Positions 49,992 through 59,573 are shown, counted from the stretch's first letter. The stretch is 64,000 nucleotides of DNA from Nitrospirota bacterium (GCA_963751455.1 CAVVUN010000003.1:96001-160000); one strand, 5' to 3'. Notes: generated from the sequence alone by a model not told the origin. A program made the numbers and translations.

Positions 49992-50626
49992 TGTTTTATG
50001 AAGTTCCCGAACGTGTAGATGCCGCTCTTCGTTTCGGTGATGTTCTCAAAGGTTTTGCAGTATGTACGCCAAAAATTAACAATCCACCACTCCCTGATGA
50101 TCTTAATTGTCAAATTGAAATAAGCAAGCCACCGTTTTATGTTATTTTGTCGCCATGCTGCTCTATTCGTGATAAAATTCTTTCTCTCGCACCACTTGTT
50201 CCGATCAAGAATAGTTTATTCGGCAATCCATACTTTGCTGAGGATCCTACCCGTATTAATATTAAAATTGAACCTGCTTATAGTCTGCCACAAGCAGCAT
50301 GGGAAAGGATGGATCCACGTGAAAAAGCTGAAAGACTTGGCAAAGGGCTATCATATTCACTGTTGGAATATTTTGTTTATAAGGCGCATGACTTGTTCCC
50401 TCAATATAAAATTCCAAGGTTACAAGGTGATATCCTGACGAGGCATTACATGATCGATTTTCGTGCCGCCTTCAGAGTCGCTTGCGACCGAATTCAATCT
50501 CCTGAGCAGTCACCGTTAGAATGTAAGTGCCTGCAATTAGATAATGAGACGAGAGGCCTATTGCGAGACAAGATATTATTCTATTTTTCACGAATCACAG
50601 CTGAAGAAATTGCTCTTATAGTTTAA
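49991..50626 (+). CDS. 211-aa hypothetical protein with a (Q/F)GD..VILSxxC(D/S)-type motif
   Basis: LRFGDVL..YVILSPCCSI..LAPL..IDFR..R.LLRDKI..YFSR; translationally coupled to the 75-aa gene. Confidence 0.75.
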   Translation: MFYEVPERVDAALRFGDVLKGFAVCTPKINNPPLPDDLNCQIEISKPPFYVILSPCCSIRDKILSLAPLVPIKNSLFGNPYFAEDPTRINIKIEPAYSLPQAAWERMDPREKAERLGKGLSYSLLEYFVYKAHDLFPQYKIPRLQGDILTRHYMIDFRAAFRVACDRIQSPEQSPLECKCLQLDNETRGLLRDKILFYFSRITAEEIALIV

Positions 50627-50799
50627 AGAGTTTTCCCATTGGCATGTTATCGCCTCTGCCGTGTGCAGTTCGCTGTGCAGTATCGGATGGAATCCGGCGG
50701 AAAATACGAAAAACTGCTTTTCCCTGCTCTAAGCCTAACCATAAGAAAAAGCAAAGAATATGGAAGGAACGATAATCTGTCCCTTCCTTTCGAGACGCT

Positions 50800-50844
50800 T
50801 TCACACGGCAGGGGTCGCTGGTTCAAACCCAGCATCGCCCACCA
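50800..50844 (+). repeat. tRNA-Val 3'-half copy (distal att)
   Basis: 45/45 identical to 43035-43079; identity extends through TGAAT. Confidence 0.95.
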
Positions 50845-50853
50845 TGAATCATC

Positions 50854-50888
50854 AAAGAGTCAGCACAATATGTGCTGACTCTTTTTTT
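50854..50888 (+). terminator. Rho-independent terminator, probably the original tRNA terminator
   Basis: aaagagtcagcaca-ata-tgtgctgactc-ttttttt. Confidence 0.9.
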
Positions 50889-50944
50889 GTTTTACGAGTT
50901 GAGGGCTTGATTAACTGCAACATCATGTGATATGATTTGTCCCG

Positions 50945-52564
50945 ATGTCAAAATATCTCATAATTCTTGCCGCCGCCATTGTAATCGTCATATTAATGGT
51001 CGTCTCCGTATCTGCTGCCGAAACAAAATCTGCCGCCACGAACACCAATAACCAGGCCGTCGTCACAATTGTCGAAGGCAGTGCTTCCGTTTATACTGCG
51101 AATACGCGCACGGGCCGTCCGCTTCAGAAGGGCCAGCGGCTGGCCAAGAATCACGAAGTAAAAGTCGGCGAGAAATCCAGAGTCGAAATCCGCTTTCCGG
51201 ATGGAACCTTCATGCGCCTCTCAGAAGGATCGCGTCTGGCCTTGGGCCAGCTCGAGTTCGACGGAAAAACCCGCCGCACGAACTTTCAGGTCTATCTCGT
51301 CATAGGCAGGCTCTGGGCAAAGGTGAAGAAACTGGCGACGCCTGAATCCCGCGTGGACCTGCATACCCAGACAGCCGTCGTGGGCGTCAGGGGGACAGCG
51401 TACAACGTTGATGTGAAGGCGGACAAGAGCGCCTTGATCAAAGTATACGACGGCGAGGTATCTGTGGCCGGTCCCCGGCCGCGCGGTGCGCCGGCAGGAA
51501 GATTGATCGTCAAGGCAAACCAGCAGGTAGCCGTCTCGAAACAGGGAGTAGTTGCCGAGCCCCAAATGTTCGACCCGAAGGCCGACACCGAGGAATGGCT
51601 TCGCTGGAACCAGCAGCGTGACACAGCTCCCGAAAACGACGGGGACGACTCGGCTGAGGCCGGAAAGTCTATCGACGGTGCGGCTGCACAGGCTCCTTCG
51701 ACGGCGTCAGCGACTGCGGCCGGCGCTTCTGGCCTGGCAGCCACTGCAGCGCTTGGCGCAGGAACAGCGGCGCCAGGTGCCGGAGTTGCCGCAGCCGGAT
51801 CAATCGTTGAAACAGGAGCAACCGCTCATGCCAAGGCAAAACCCGGTGCCGGTTCTCGCAGCGCCCATGATCTCGTCAGCATAATCGTTACGCCGTCACA
51901 AGCTTCAATCACGTCGGGTACAACGGAATCGTTCACGGCCACTGCATTTTTTTTCGACAACAGCAAAAAAGACATTACCTCTTCTGCTATGTGGAAGTCC
52001 TCGGATACGGGTGTTGCCCTCATCAGAAGGGCCGGCTCCGTGACCGGCGGAAAGGCCGGCACCGCAATCATCACGCTCGGGTACAGGAACCAGGAAGTAT
52101 CCGCCTCTGTTACCGTTACGTCTCCGCTTGTTTCGGAGAGCAAGCCCGGCGAGCAGGCATCTGCTCTTTCAAAACAGGGCAAGGGCGGAACTGTCAGATC
52201 CGGTTTCTTTTCTTACACGAGTGTCGCTGCGAAGAGACGCAGGTATTTTGGAAATGAAAATGCGATGATCGTATCGATAGCAGCAGCGAGTAAAATCGGT
52301 GTGGCAGGGTATCTTGTGTCGGAAGAACCGGATAAGCCCAACTCGAGCGATACGCGCTGGGTAAATTTCGATCCGGTCAGAGAATATTCGCGGAATGTGT
52401 TGTATACTGCGGGCGACGGCAGGGGCTCAAAAACGGTGTATGTCTGGTTTAAGGACGCAAACGGCGAAATGTCCGATGTGAAAAGCGATCAGGTTTACTT
52501 CTTTAATTCTTATTATGTAGTGCTGCTCTTCATCCTTGTACAGGGTGCGCTCATTGCTCTTTAG
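50945..52564 (+). CDS. Exported FecR-domain protein with Ala-rich linker, Ig-like (Big_2) domain and C-terminal TM anchor
   Basis: Signal peptide; RVEIRFPDGT.MRLSE; TQTAVVGVRGT; VYDGEVSV; SIIVTP..F.ATA..DIT..WKSSD; hydrophobic C-terminus. Confidence 0.75.
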   Translation: MSKYLIILAAAIVIVILMVVSVSAAETKSAATNTNNQAVVTIVEGSASVYTANTRTGRPLQKGQRLAKNHEVKVGEKSRVEIRFPDGTFMRLSEGSRLALGQLEFDGKTRRTNFQVYLVIGRLWAKVKKLATPESRVDLHTQTAVVGVRGTAYNVDVKADKSALIKVYDGEVSVAGPRPRGAPAGRLIVKANQQVAVSKQGVVAEPQMFDPKADTEEWLRWNQQRDTAPENDGDDSAEAGKSIDGAAAQAPSTASATAAGASGLAATAALGAGTAAPGAGVAAAGSIVETGATAHAKAKPGAGSRSAHDLVSIIVTPSQASITSGTTESFTATAFFFDNSKKDITSSAMWKSSDTGVALIRRAGSVTGGKAGTAIITLGYRNQEVSASVTVTSPLVSESKPGEQASALSKQGKGGTVRSGFFSYTSVAAKRRRYFGNENAMIVSIAAASKIGVAGYLVSEEPDKPNSSDTRWVNFDPVREYSRNVLYTAGDGRGSKTVYVWFKDANGEMSDVKSDQVYFFNSYYVVLLFILVQGALIAL

Positions 52565-52579
52565 CGCAGCAACAAAAAA

Positions 52580-52712
52580 GATGATCTCGTAAAAAGTCGT
52601 CTCCCCGGTGAAAACCGGGGTCCAGTGGTTATCGAACTTATTGAAAAGACTGGATACCGGCGTTCGCCGGTATGACGAAATTGGGTGTTTTCTGACTTCT
52701 TACGAATGCATC
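52580..52712. mobile_element. 133-bp MITE-like element with internal REP-like hairpins
   Basis: TIRs GATGATCTCGTAAAAAGTC and reverse complement GATGCATTCGTAAGAAGTC; AAAAAA on both flanks; internal ccccggtgaaaaccgggg, tccag..ctgga and ataccggcgttcgccggtat. Confidence 0.75.
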
Positions 52713-52762
52713 AAAAAAGGCAAGTCGATAAAACCGACCTTGCCTCGCGTAAGAAGGCTATC

Positions 52763-53125
52763 TTATCCTTCCTGCATTTTTTCTTCCTCTTCCTGGCGTG
52801 TCTTGCATTCTATGCAGAGCGTGGTTACCGGCCGCGCCTCCAGCCGCTTTATGCTGATCTGCTCTCCGCACGACTCGCATACTCCGTAGGTGCCGCCGTC
52901 TATCCGGGCTATCGCTTCTTCGATCTTCTTAAGCAGCTTTTGTTCGCGTCCGCGCAAGCGGAGCAGAAAATTATTATCAAGTTCCGCTACCGCCTGGTCA
53001 GTCGGATCCGGGAAACTTTCCTTCTCGGTGCTGATCTTGCTATTGAGCGTATGTTCGGCTTCGGAGAGAAGGTCCGACCGCTGTTTCATGAGCTTTTTTT
53101 TGATGACTAACAGTTTGTTTTCCAT
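52763..53125 (-). CDS. dksA: RNA polymerase-binding factor DksA
   Basis: FPDPTDQA; IEEAIARI..GTYGVCESCGEQI..RLEARP.TTLCIECK. Confidence 0.93.
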   Translation of the reverse strand: MENKLLVIKKKLMKQRSDLLSEAEHTLNSKISTEKESFPDPTDQAVAELDNNFLLRLRGREQKLLKKIEEAIARIDGGTYGVCESCGEQISIKRLEARPVTTLCIECKTRQEEEEKMQEG

Positions 53126-53292
53126 TCCACATCCTCTGAAGAACAATATAACGCCGGGCGCGCAGGGGAACAAGATCCGAACAGCAGTTTAATAGTGTAC
53201 TATATCAGAAAAGCATAAGTGAGTCAATTGATAAATGCCTGCTTGGCTAATCCTCGATTGACAAATCGACTGCCCGCAGGTAATATTGCTCC

Positions 53293-54525
53293 ATGCTTAC
53301 CGAAAAACAGAAGCTCAACATGATCATGAAACTGGGTGTCGAGCTGACCGAGGTCAAGGACGTCGATGTGCTCCTCGAGCGCATTCTTCGGGAAGCGCGC
53401 AAGCTTGTACATGCGGATGCGGGTTCGATCTATGTCAAGGAAAAAGACAAGCTGAAGTTCAATTATACGCAGAACGAGACCCTGCAAAAGCGTCTGCCCC
53501 CGGGAAAGAAGCTGATCTATTCAACGTTTTCCATACCGATCAACAACCAGTCCATTTCGGGGTATGTAGGAAATACCGGCGAGACACTGAACATTCCCGA
53601 TGTATACCGGTTGAAGTCCGGCAACTCCTTCTCATTCAATAAATCATACGACGACCTGTCCGGATACCGTACGCAGTCGATGCTGACATTTCCGCTCAAA
53701 ACCAGCCGCGGGGAAGCGATCGGAGTACTCCAGCTTATCAATGCAAAGGATTCAAACGGGAAGGTCATTCGCTTTGCAAAAAAGGATGAGCCCCTGATCA
53801 TGCACTTCGCCAACATGGCGGCTGTCGCGATCGAACGGGCACAGATGACGAGGGCCATGATTCTTCGCACCATCAGGATGGCGGAGTTGCGCGACCCGAA
53901 AGAGACCGGGGCCCATGTGAACCGGGTGGCCTCGTACGCCGTAGCCATTTACGAGGTGTGGGCGGCCAAGCAAGGCATGCCTCATGACATTATCGATAAG
54001 AACAGGGACATCCTCCGTATGGCCGCCATGCTGCATGACGTAGGGAAGGTCGCAATTTCCGATGCGATCCTGAAAAAGCCCGGACGGCTCGACGACGCGG
54101 AGCGGGAGATCATGAAGCAGCATACCATCATGGGAGCCCGCCTGTTTGCCGACCGGTATTCTGATTTGGATGAAGCAGCCGCGCTCGTAGCACTGAACCA
54201 TCACGAGAAGTGGGACGGAACCGGGTATCCGGGCTATGTAAATCCCGACGATGGAAAGACAATCCCCGGATACGAAACACCGGACGGCGCTCCAAGGGCA
54301 AAAAAGGGTGCGGAGATTCCGCTGTTCGGCCGTATCGTCGCTCTTGCGGACGTGTACGACGCTCTTGGCTCCCGCAGGGTCTACAAGGAACGATGGGACG
54401 AAGCGCAGGTCCTGGAAGAGCTCAAGTCATCCTCGGGAACACACTTCGATCCGGACATGGTAGAAACCTTTTTTTCCTGCCTCGATACGATCCAAAGCAT
54501 TACGGAGCGGTATCCCGACCATTAG
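53293..54525 (+). CDS. GAF plus HD-GYP c-di-GMP phosphodiesterase
   Basis: GAF (GYRTQSMLTFPL, GVLQLINA); ETGAHVNRV; LHDVGK; HHEKWDGTGYP; ADVYDAL. Confidence 0.92.
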   Translation: MLTEKQKLNMIMKLGVELTEVKDVDVLLERILREARKLVHADAGSIYVKEKDKLKFNYTQNETLQKRLPPGKKLIYSTFSIPINNQSISGYVGNTGETLNIPDVYRLKSGNSFSFNKSYDDLSGYRTQSMLTFPLKTSRGEAIGVLQLINAKDSNGKVIRFAKKDEPLIMHFANMAAVAIERAQMTRAMILRTIRMAELRDPKETGAHVNRVASYAVAIYEVWAAKQGMPHDIIDKNRDILRMAAMLHDVGKVAISDAILKKPGRLDDAEREIMKQHTIMGARLFADRYSDLDEAAALVALNHHEKWDGTGYPGYVNPDDGKTIPGYETPDGAPRAKKGAEIPLFGRIVALADVYDALGSRRVYKERWDEAQVLEELKSSSGTHFDPDMVETFFSCLDTIQSITERYPDH

Positions 54526-54569
54526 CCGGGCAGTTTCTGCACCATACCTTTCTTCAATAATTTTCAGTT

Positions 54570-55247
54570 ATGAAAAAAAACAGGAAAAACCCCGGGCAGA
54601 AGAGTGCCGACTTTCAAAACAAGGCATTCAAACCTCTCAAAGAATACAAAGCCGTTTCCAAGCCCTGCGGAGTTGTAACCAAAAAGAGTGCGCGTCCGGA
54701 GCCGCGGGAAAAGGACGACGGCAAAGAGCTTTTTCTGCGCGCTGTTCAGGGCGTCAAAGCGATCAATGAAACACTTGACGGTCCGAATCCGATATCAGGC
54801 AAGGCTCCTGTTCCTGCAGAGCACCGGCAGGAGAGCGAAGAAAAAACACTTTTTCTTCAGGCAATGCAAAAAATCGGCACGACATTTCAGCCCAGTCTGA
54901 AAGAACACGCGGACGAGCCTGCCGCAGAGCGGCCCTCCTCGAGCAGGATGAAGCAGTTAAAGCGGGGCACAATCCGGATAACCGGACAAGTGGACCTGCA
55001 TGGCCACATCAGGGATGAGGCCCTTGCAAAGCTATCGGGCTTTATAACAGGAGCATTCAACCGGGGGCAGACGGCTGTTCTCGTCATTACCGGCAAAGGG
55101 ATCAACTCGCCTGAAGGACCCGTGCTCCGCGGCGCTGTATCGGAATGGCTCCGGGACAGTGCGAAGGGCATGGTCGCTGAATTCGCCAAGGCGCCCGGGA
55201 ACCTGGGCGGCAGCGGGGCTTTCGTCGTGTTCCTTAAAAACCGGTAG
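54570..55247 (+). CDS. Smr/MutS2 C-terminal domain protein
   Basis: VDLHG; VLVITGKG.NS; LGGSGAFVVFL. Confidence 0.92.
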   Translation: MKKNRKNPGQKSADFQNKAFKPLKEYKAVSKPCGVVTKKSARPEPREKDDGKELFLRAVQGVKAINETLDGPNPISGKAPVPAEHRQESEEKTLFLQAMQKIGTTFQPSLKEHADEPAAERPSSSRMKQLKRGTIRITGQVDLHGHIRDEALAKLSGFITGAFNRGQTAVLVITGKGINSPEGPVLRGAVSEWLRDSAKGMVAEFAKAPGNLGGSGAFVVFLKNR

Positions 55248-55433
55248 AGTCTTGAATCCGTTTAAAGGCTATTCCTCTCGTAACACACCTCCTTCTTTCA
55301 AGCTTGCTTGTCCTGGTCGCAGCACTCCATGCCTCTCGTACTGAATGTTAGTGTTGACATTCTTCGCACGTCCAATTAGAATCGTTCTCCATGATTTGAT
55401 TTAGTGATATCGTGATAGCAAGGAGGGGTCGTT

Positions 55434-56627
55434 GTGGCGATTACCGTAAAGAACCCGATCGTCGAGATGGACGGCGATGAGATGACGCGTATCATCTGGG
55501 AGATGATCAAGAAAAAAATTTTTCTGCCTCACCTTAAAATGGATCTGAAATACTTTGACCTTGGGATCAGGCACCGCGACGAAACGGACGACAAGGTAAC
55601 GATCGAAGCGGCGAACGCCGTTAAAGAATTCGGGGTGGGCGTGAAATGCGCGACTATTACGCCGAACGCCGGCCGGGTCAAAGAGTACGGCCTGAAGCAG
55701 GCGTGGAAAAGCCCGAATGGGACGATACGTTCGATCCTTGACGGCACCGTCTTCCGTAAGCCGATCATCGTAAACAATATTCCGCCGGCGGTCCGGAGCT
55801 GGAAAAAGCCGATCAGCATCGGAAGGCACGCATACGGGGACATCTACAAGTCCGTGGAGTACAGGGTTCCGGGAGCCGGCAAGGCTGAGCTCGTATTCAC
55901 GCCGGCGGGCGGGGACGAAAAGGTGTCACTTCTTGTCCACGAGTTTAAAGGTGCGGGCGTTATCATGGGGATGCACAATACCGAGAAATCGATCAGGAGC
56001 TTTGCCAGGGCCTGCATTAATTATGCACTCAGTGAAAAGTGCGACATCTGGTTCGGAGCAAAGGACACGATATCGAAGACATACCACGGCTTTTTTAAGG
56101 AGATCTTCGATCATGAGGCGGAAGCCTGCAAGGCTGATTTTGATAAGCAGGGAACCAGATACCGCTACATGCTTATAGACGACGCTGTTGCGCAGATCAT
56201 GAAGGCCGAAGGCGGAATGCTGTGGGCGTGCATGAATTACGACGGCGATGTCATGAGCGACATGATTGCGTCAGGCTTCGGCAGCCTAGGGCTCATGACA
56301 TCGGTGCTTGTTTCGCCCGAGGGGAAGTACCTTTACGAAGCTGCCCACGGTACGGTCATGCGCCATTACTACGAGCACCTCAAAGGGAATCCGACGTCGA
56401 CCAATTCGGTCGCCTCGATCTTCGCCTGGACAGGAGCGATCGCCCGTCGAGGGGTAATGGACAGCAGCCCCGACGTTGTCGACTTTGCCCGGAGGGTCGA
56501 AGCGATCGTAATCAAGACCATCGAAAACGGAATCATGACAAAGGATCTCGCCTCAATCGCGCTTCCGAAGCCGGCTCAATATTCCCTTACCGAGGAGTTT
56601 ATTGACAAGGTAGCCGCAGGGTTGTAA
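55434..56627 (+). CDS. icd: NADP-dependent isocitrate dehydrogenase
   Basis: [13 protein letters not shown]; KCATITP; SPNGTIR; NYDGDVMSD; EAAHGTV. Confidence 0.97.
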   Translation: MAITVKNPIVEMDGDEMTRIIWEMIKKKIFLPHLKMDLKYFDLGIRHRDETDDKVTIEAANAVKEFGVGVKCATITPNAGRVKEYGLKQAWKSPNGTIRSILDGTVFRKPIIVNNIPPAVRSWKKPISIGRHAYGDIYKSVEYRVPGAGKAELVFTPAGGDEKVSLLVHEFKGAGVIMGMHNTEKSIRSFARACINYALSEKCDIWFGAKDTISKTYHGFFKEIFDHEAEACKADFDKQGTRYRYMLIDDAVAQIMKAEGGMLWACMNYDGDVMSDMIASGFGSLGLMTSVLVSPEGKYLYEAAHGTVMRHYYEHLKGNPTSTNSVASIFAWTGAIARRGVMDSSPDVVDFARRVEAIVIKTIENGIMTKDLASIALPKPAQYSLTEEFIDKVAAGL

Positions 56628-56635
56628 TTTAAGAG

Positions 56636-57412
56636 ATGCAGTTTGTAAAGAACAGGAAGCTTCAAATGTTGCAGGGGGAAAATGTGTCTCGATTCTGGCT
56701 GTATCACTGCCTGGTTCCTCTCGCGTTCTTTGTTTTTCTGGCTACTCTGTTTGAGTTCTCCAATATTGACCTCGCACTCTCGGATCGTTTTTACGACTTC
56801 ACAAACAGCCGCTGGTTTCTGCATGACGCCTGGTGGACAGAGCAGTTGATCCATTCCGGCGGTCGCAAGCTGATTCTGGTAATCGCACTGGCAGCACTCA
56901 CGGCATGGGGCCTTTCTTTCCGGCTCTCTGCTCTGCGCCCCTGGCGGCGGGCGGCGCTTTATTTTGTCCTTTCCATAGGAATCGGCACAGGCCTTGTCGC
57001 GCTCGGCAAAGCAACGACCAATCGCCACTGCCCCTGGGACTATGACCGTTATGGCGGGTCCGTGCCTTATGTCAGACTCTTCGAACAAAACCCTCCGGGG
57101 TGCAGCCGGGGAAATTGTTTTCCCGCCGGCCACGCATCAGGAGGCTTTGCCATGATGAGCGGCTACTTCATTTTTTACAAGCGCAACCGTCGCCTGGCGA
57201 TTGGCATCCTGGTGCTGGGACTGGCACTCGGCTCCCTCTTCGGTTTTGCACAAGTCGCCCGCGGAGCCCATTTCGTTTCCCACAACATCTGGACAGCGGC
57301 AATCTGCTGGTTTGCAGCTCTGCTGCTGTACACCACGCTGTTTCGCGGCCGGTTATGGTCCCAAGGACATCGATCAGACAAAGATTCCGGGGATTTGACG
57401 GGGGTAACTTGA
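56636..57412 (+). CDS. PAP2-family membrane phosphatase
   Basis: K..T.RHCPW; CFPAGHASGG; RGAHFVSH; start may be later. Confidence 0.9.
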   Translation: MQFVKNRKLQMLQGENVSRFWLYHCLVPLAFFVFLATLFEFSNIDLALSDRFYDFTNSRWFLHDAWWTEQLIHSGGRKLILVIALAALTAWGLSFRLSALRPWRRAALYFVLSIGIGTGLVALGKATTNRHCPWDYDRYGGSVPYVRLFEQNPPGCSRGNCFPAGHASGGFAMMSGYFIFYKRNRRLAIGILVLGLALGSLFGFAQVARGAHFVSHNIWTAAICWFAALLLYTTLFRGRLWSQGHRSDKDSGDLTGVT

Positions 57413-57413
57413 A

Positions 57414-58091
57414 ATGAGAATACTCCTTATCGAGGACGATCGGAAAATCGCTCTATTTATCGTTAAGGGGCTGAAGGAAGCCGGGTTCGCGGTCACGCAT
57501 GCATCGGACGGCGAAAACGGCCTCCAGTGGGCTCTTACCGAATCATTCGACGCCGCCATTGTCGACATCATGCTTCCGGGACGGAACGGCCTCTCCGTGA
57601 TAGAGGAACTCAGGCGGCGGAAAAGGAACCTCCCGGTCATCATCCTGAGCGCCAGGAGGTCGGTCGATGACCGCATCAGAGGCCTTCAGACAGGAAGCGA
57701 CGACTACCTTACCAAGCCGTTCTCCTTCTCCGAACTTCTGGCGCGGCTGCAGGCGCTCATCCGGAGAGCCAGCGGCACACCCGAACCTACTCGCCTCAAG
57801 TATGAGGATTTGTGTCTCGATCTGCTTACGCGGGAGGTCAGCCGGCAAGACAGGAGGATAGAGCTTCAGCCGCGCGAGTTTTCCCTTCTCGAATATCTTG
57901 TCCGAAACGCAGGCAAGGTGGTCTCGAGGACCATGATCATGGAGAGAGTGTGGGACTACAACTTCGACCCCCAGACGAATGTCGTCGAAGCGCGAATGAG
58001 CCGGCTGCGGGACAAAATCGACAGGGACTTCGAGATCAAGCTGATTCACACAATACGCGGAGCAGGGTATGTTCTTCGGAAAAATTCTTAA
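57414..58091 (+). CDS. OmpR-family response regulator (CusR/CopR-like)
   Basis: REC plus winged helix; DDYLTKPFSF; TNVVEA; IHTIRGAGY. Confidence 0.95.
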   Translation: MRILLIEDDRKIALFIVKGLKEAGFAVTHASDGENGLQWALTESFDAAIVDIMLPGRNGLSVIEELRRRKRNLPVIILSARRSVDDRIRGLQTGSDDYLTKPFSFSELLARLQALIRRASGTPEPTRLKYEDLCLDLLTREVSRQDRRIELQPREFSLLEYLVRNAGKVVSRTMIMERVWDYNFDPQTNVVEARMSRLRDKIDRDFEIKLIHTIRGAGYVLRKNS

Positions 58092-59469
58092 GCTGGGACA
58101 TACGCTCGCATTCCGGCTCACCCTCTGGTACGCGGGGATTTTCACCCTGTCGTCACTGCTCGCTTTTGTCGCCTTTTATTTTTCAATTGCCTCCCTGGTA
58201 CAGCAACAAACGGACGAAGAACTTACAAAAGAAATAGCAGAGTTCACATCCCTGCTCTCGGTGCAGGGCATGGAGGCAGTCAAGGCCAATCTGAATTTCG
58301 AGGCGGAGTCCAGCGGAGTTGAGAATATATTCTTCCGCATCCTGACGCCTGGAGGGAAGGTTTTAGCGTCATCAAACGTGTCTTCATGGGAAGATGTCAG
58401 CGCCGACAGCGCCCTATTGAAGCAGGCAGCTGGCGGTGCCGGCAGGCTGTTTGAAACGGTGGCTGCTCCTGAACATGACCACAACATCCGTATAGCCTAC
58501 GGTCGGATCGCACCCGGTATAATCATGCAGATAGGGTATTCGCTTATCGATGAAGAGGCGTTCATGGAGATATCCCGCCGCATTTTCGGCATTTCGCTGG
58601 CCGTTCTCATGATTGTCGCTGCGGTCGCAGGCTGGTTCATGGCCCGTCGGGCTCTTCGCGGCGTAGAGGCAGTGACCAAAACTGCCGCGGAGATCGCAAA
58701 AGGCGCACTGGAGCTGCGGGTACCGGTCACGGCAGGGAGCGAGGAGCTCGACCGGCTCGCGCAGACCTTCAACACCATGCTTGACCGCATCCACGCCCTG
58801 ATAAAAGGGATGCGGGAGATGACGGATAACATCGCCCACGATCTGCGCAGTCCCATTACGAGGATCCGCGGTATCGCCGAGATAACTCTGACCACGCAGG
58901 CATCCCCGGCCGACTATGAAGCGATGGCGGCAAACACGATCGAGGAATGCGACCGCTTGCTGGAGATGATCAACACGATGCTGGACATCACGGAAGTCGA
59001 GGCAGGAGCTGTCAGACTCAGGCTGGGAAAAATTGATTTCGGAGGGCTGGTCCGGGATGCATGTGAACTGTTCCGCCCGATTGCGGAAGACAAGGACATC
59101 AGCCTCAGTTGCAGCTTCCTCAAAGGTCATTCGGTCGGGGGAGACGTTCAGCGGCTCCAGCGCATGGTGGCCAACCTGATCGACAATGCCCTGAAGTATA
59201 CGCCGTCCCAGGGAAGGGTGACTGTTTCGCTCGATGAGAAGGAAGGGGGCGTTGAGCTTAGCGTCAGCGACACCGGAGTCGGAATATCGGAGACGGAGCT
59301 GCCCCGTATATTCGAGCGCTTTTATCGGTGCGATCAGAGCAGGTCCCAGCCAGGCACGGGTCTCGGGCTAAGCCTTGTAAGGGCGATAGCCGCGGCGCAC
59401 GGCGGCTCCATTGCTGTTACCAGCTCGCCGGGCAAAGGCAGCATCTTTACGGTCACTTTGCCGCGATAG
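58069..59469 (+). CDS. HAMP sensor histidine kinase (CusS-like)
   Basis: 2 TM; HAMP; IAHDLRSP; NLIDNALKY; DTGVGI; GTGLGLS. Confidence 0.95.
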   Translation: MFFGKILKLGHTLAFRLTLWYAGIFTLSSLLAFVAFYFSIASLVQQQTDEELTKEIAEFTSLLSVQGMEAVKANLNFEAESSGVENIFFRILTPGGKVLASSNVSSWEDVSADSALLKQAAGGAGRLFETVAAPEHDHNIRIAYGRIAPGIIMQIGYSLIDEEAFMEISRRIFGISLAVLMIVAAVAGWFMARRALRGVEAVTKTAAEIAKGALELRVPVTAGSEELDRLAQTFNTMLDRIHALIKGMREMTDNIAHDLRSPITRIRGIAEITLTTQASPADYEAMAANTIEECDRLLEMINTMLDITEVEAGAVRLRLGKIDFGGLVRDACELFRPIAEDKDISLSCSFLKGHSVGGDVQRLQRMVANLIDNALKYTPSQGRVTVSLDEKEGGVELSVSDTGVGISETELPRIFERFYRCDQSRSQPGTGLGLSLVRAIAAAHGGSIAVTSSPGKGSIFTVTLPR

Positions 59470-59573
59470 CGGCTCTTCTTCCTGGTTTTCATTTCCATGT
59501 TTTTTCTCATTTGCAGAATATCCGCGATACGCCGTCCTTAAAAGCCCAGTTGCAATTCTTGTTTTTTTCAAAC

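Larger units (their letters stand above)
47687..50844. mobile_element. Mini-island 2 at tRNA-Val, integrase reduced to a stub, AT-rich
   Basis: 45-bp direct repeats at 47687 and 50800; TGTGCAGT doublets at 47780/47791 and 50662/50674. Confidence 0.85.

Noticed and set aside
43080-50800. Prophage (ClpP as head maturation protease) or integron
   Set aside because: No capsid, terminase or portal genes, no intI, and no attC-like structures; boundaries are tRNA-derived direct repeats.
47687-50844. Second and third tRNA-Val genes
   Set aside because: Only the 3' 45 nt are present; the 5' acceptor strand, D arm and 5' anticodon stem are missing, so these are att copies.
52608-52889. 93-aa ORF MKTGVQ..LDTGVRRYD
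   Set aside because: Translation of the MITE/REP hairpins, overlapping dksA on the opposite strand.
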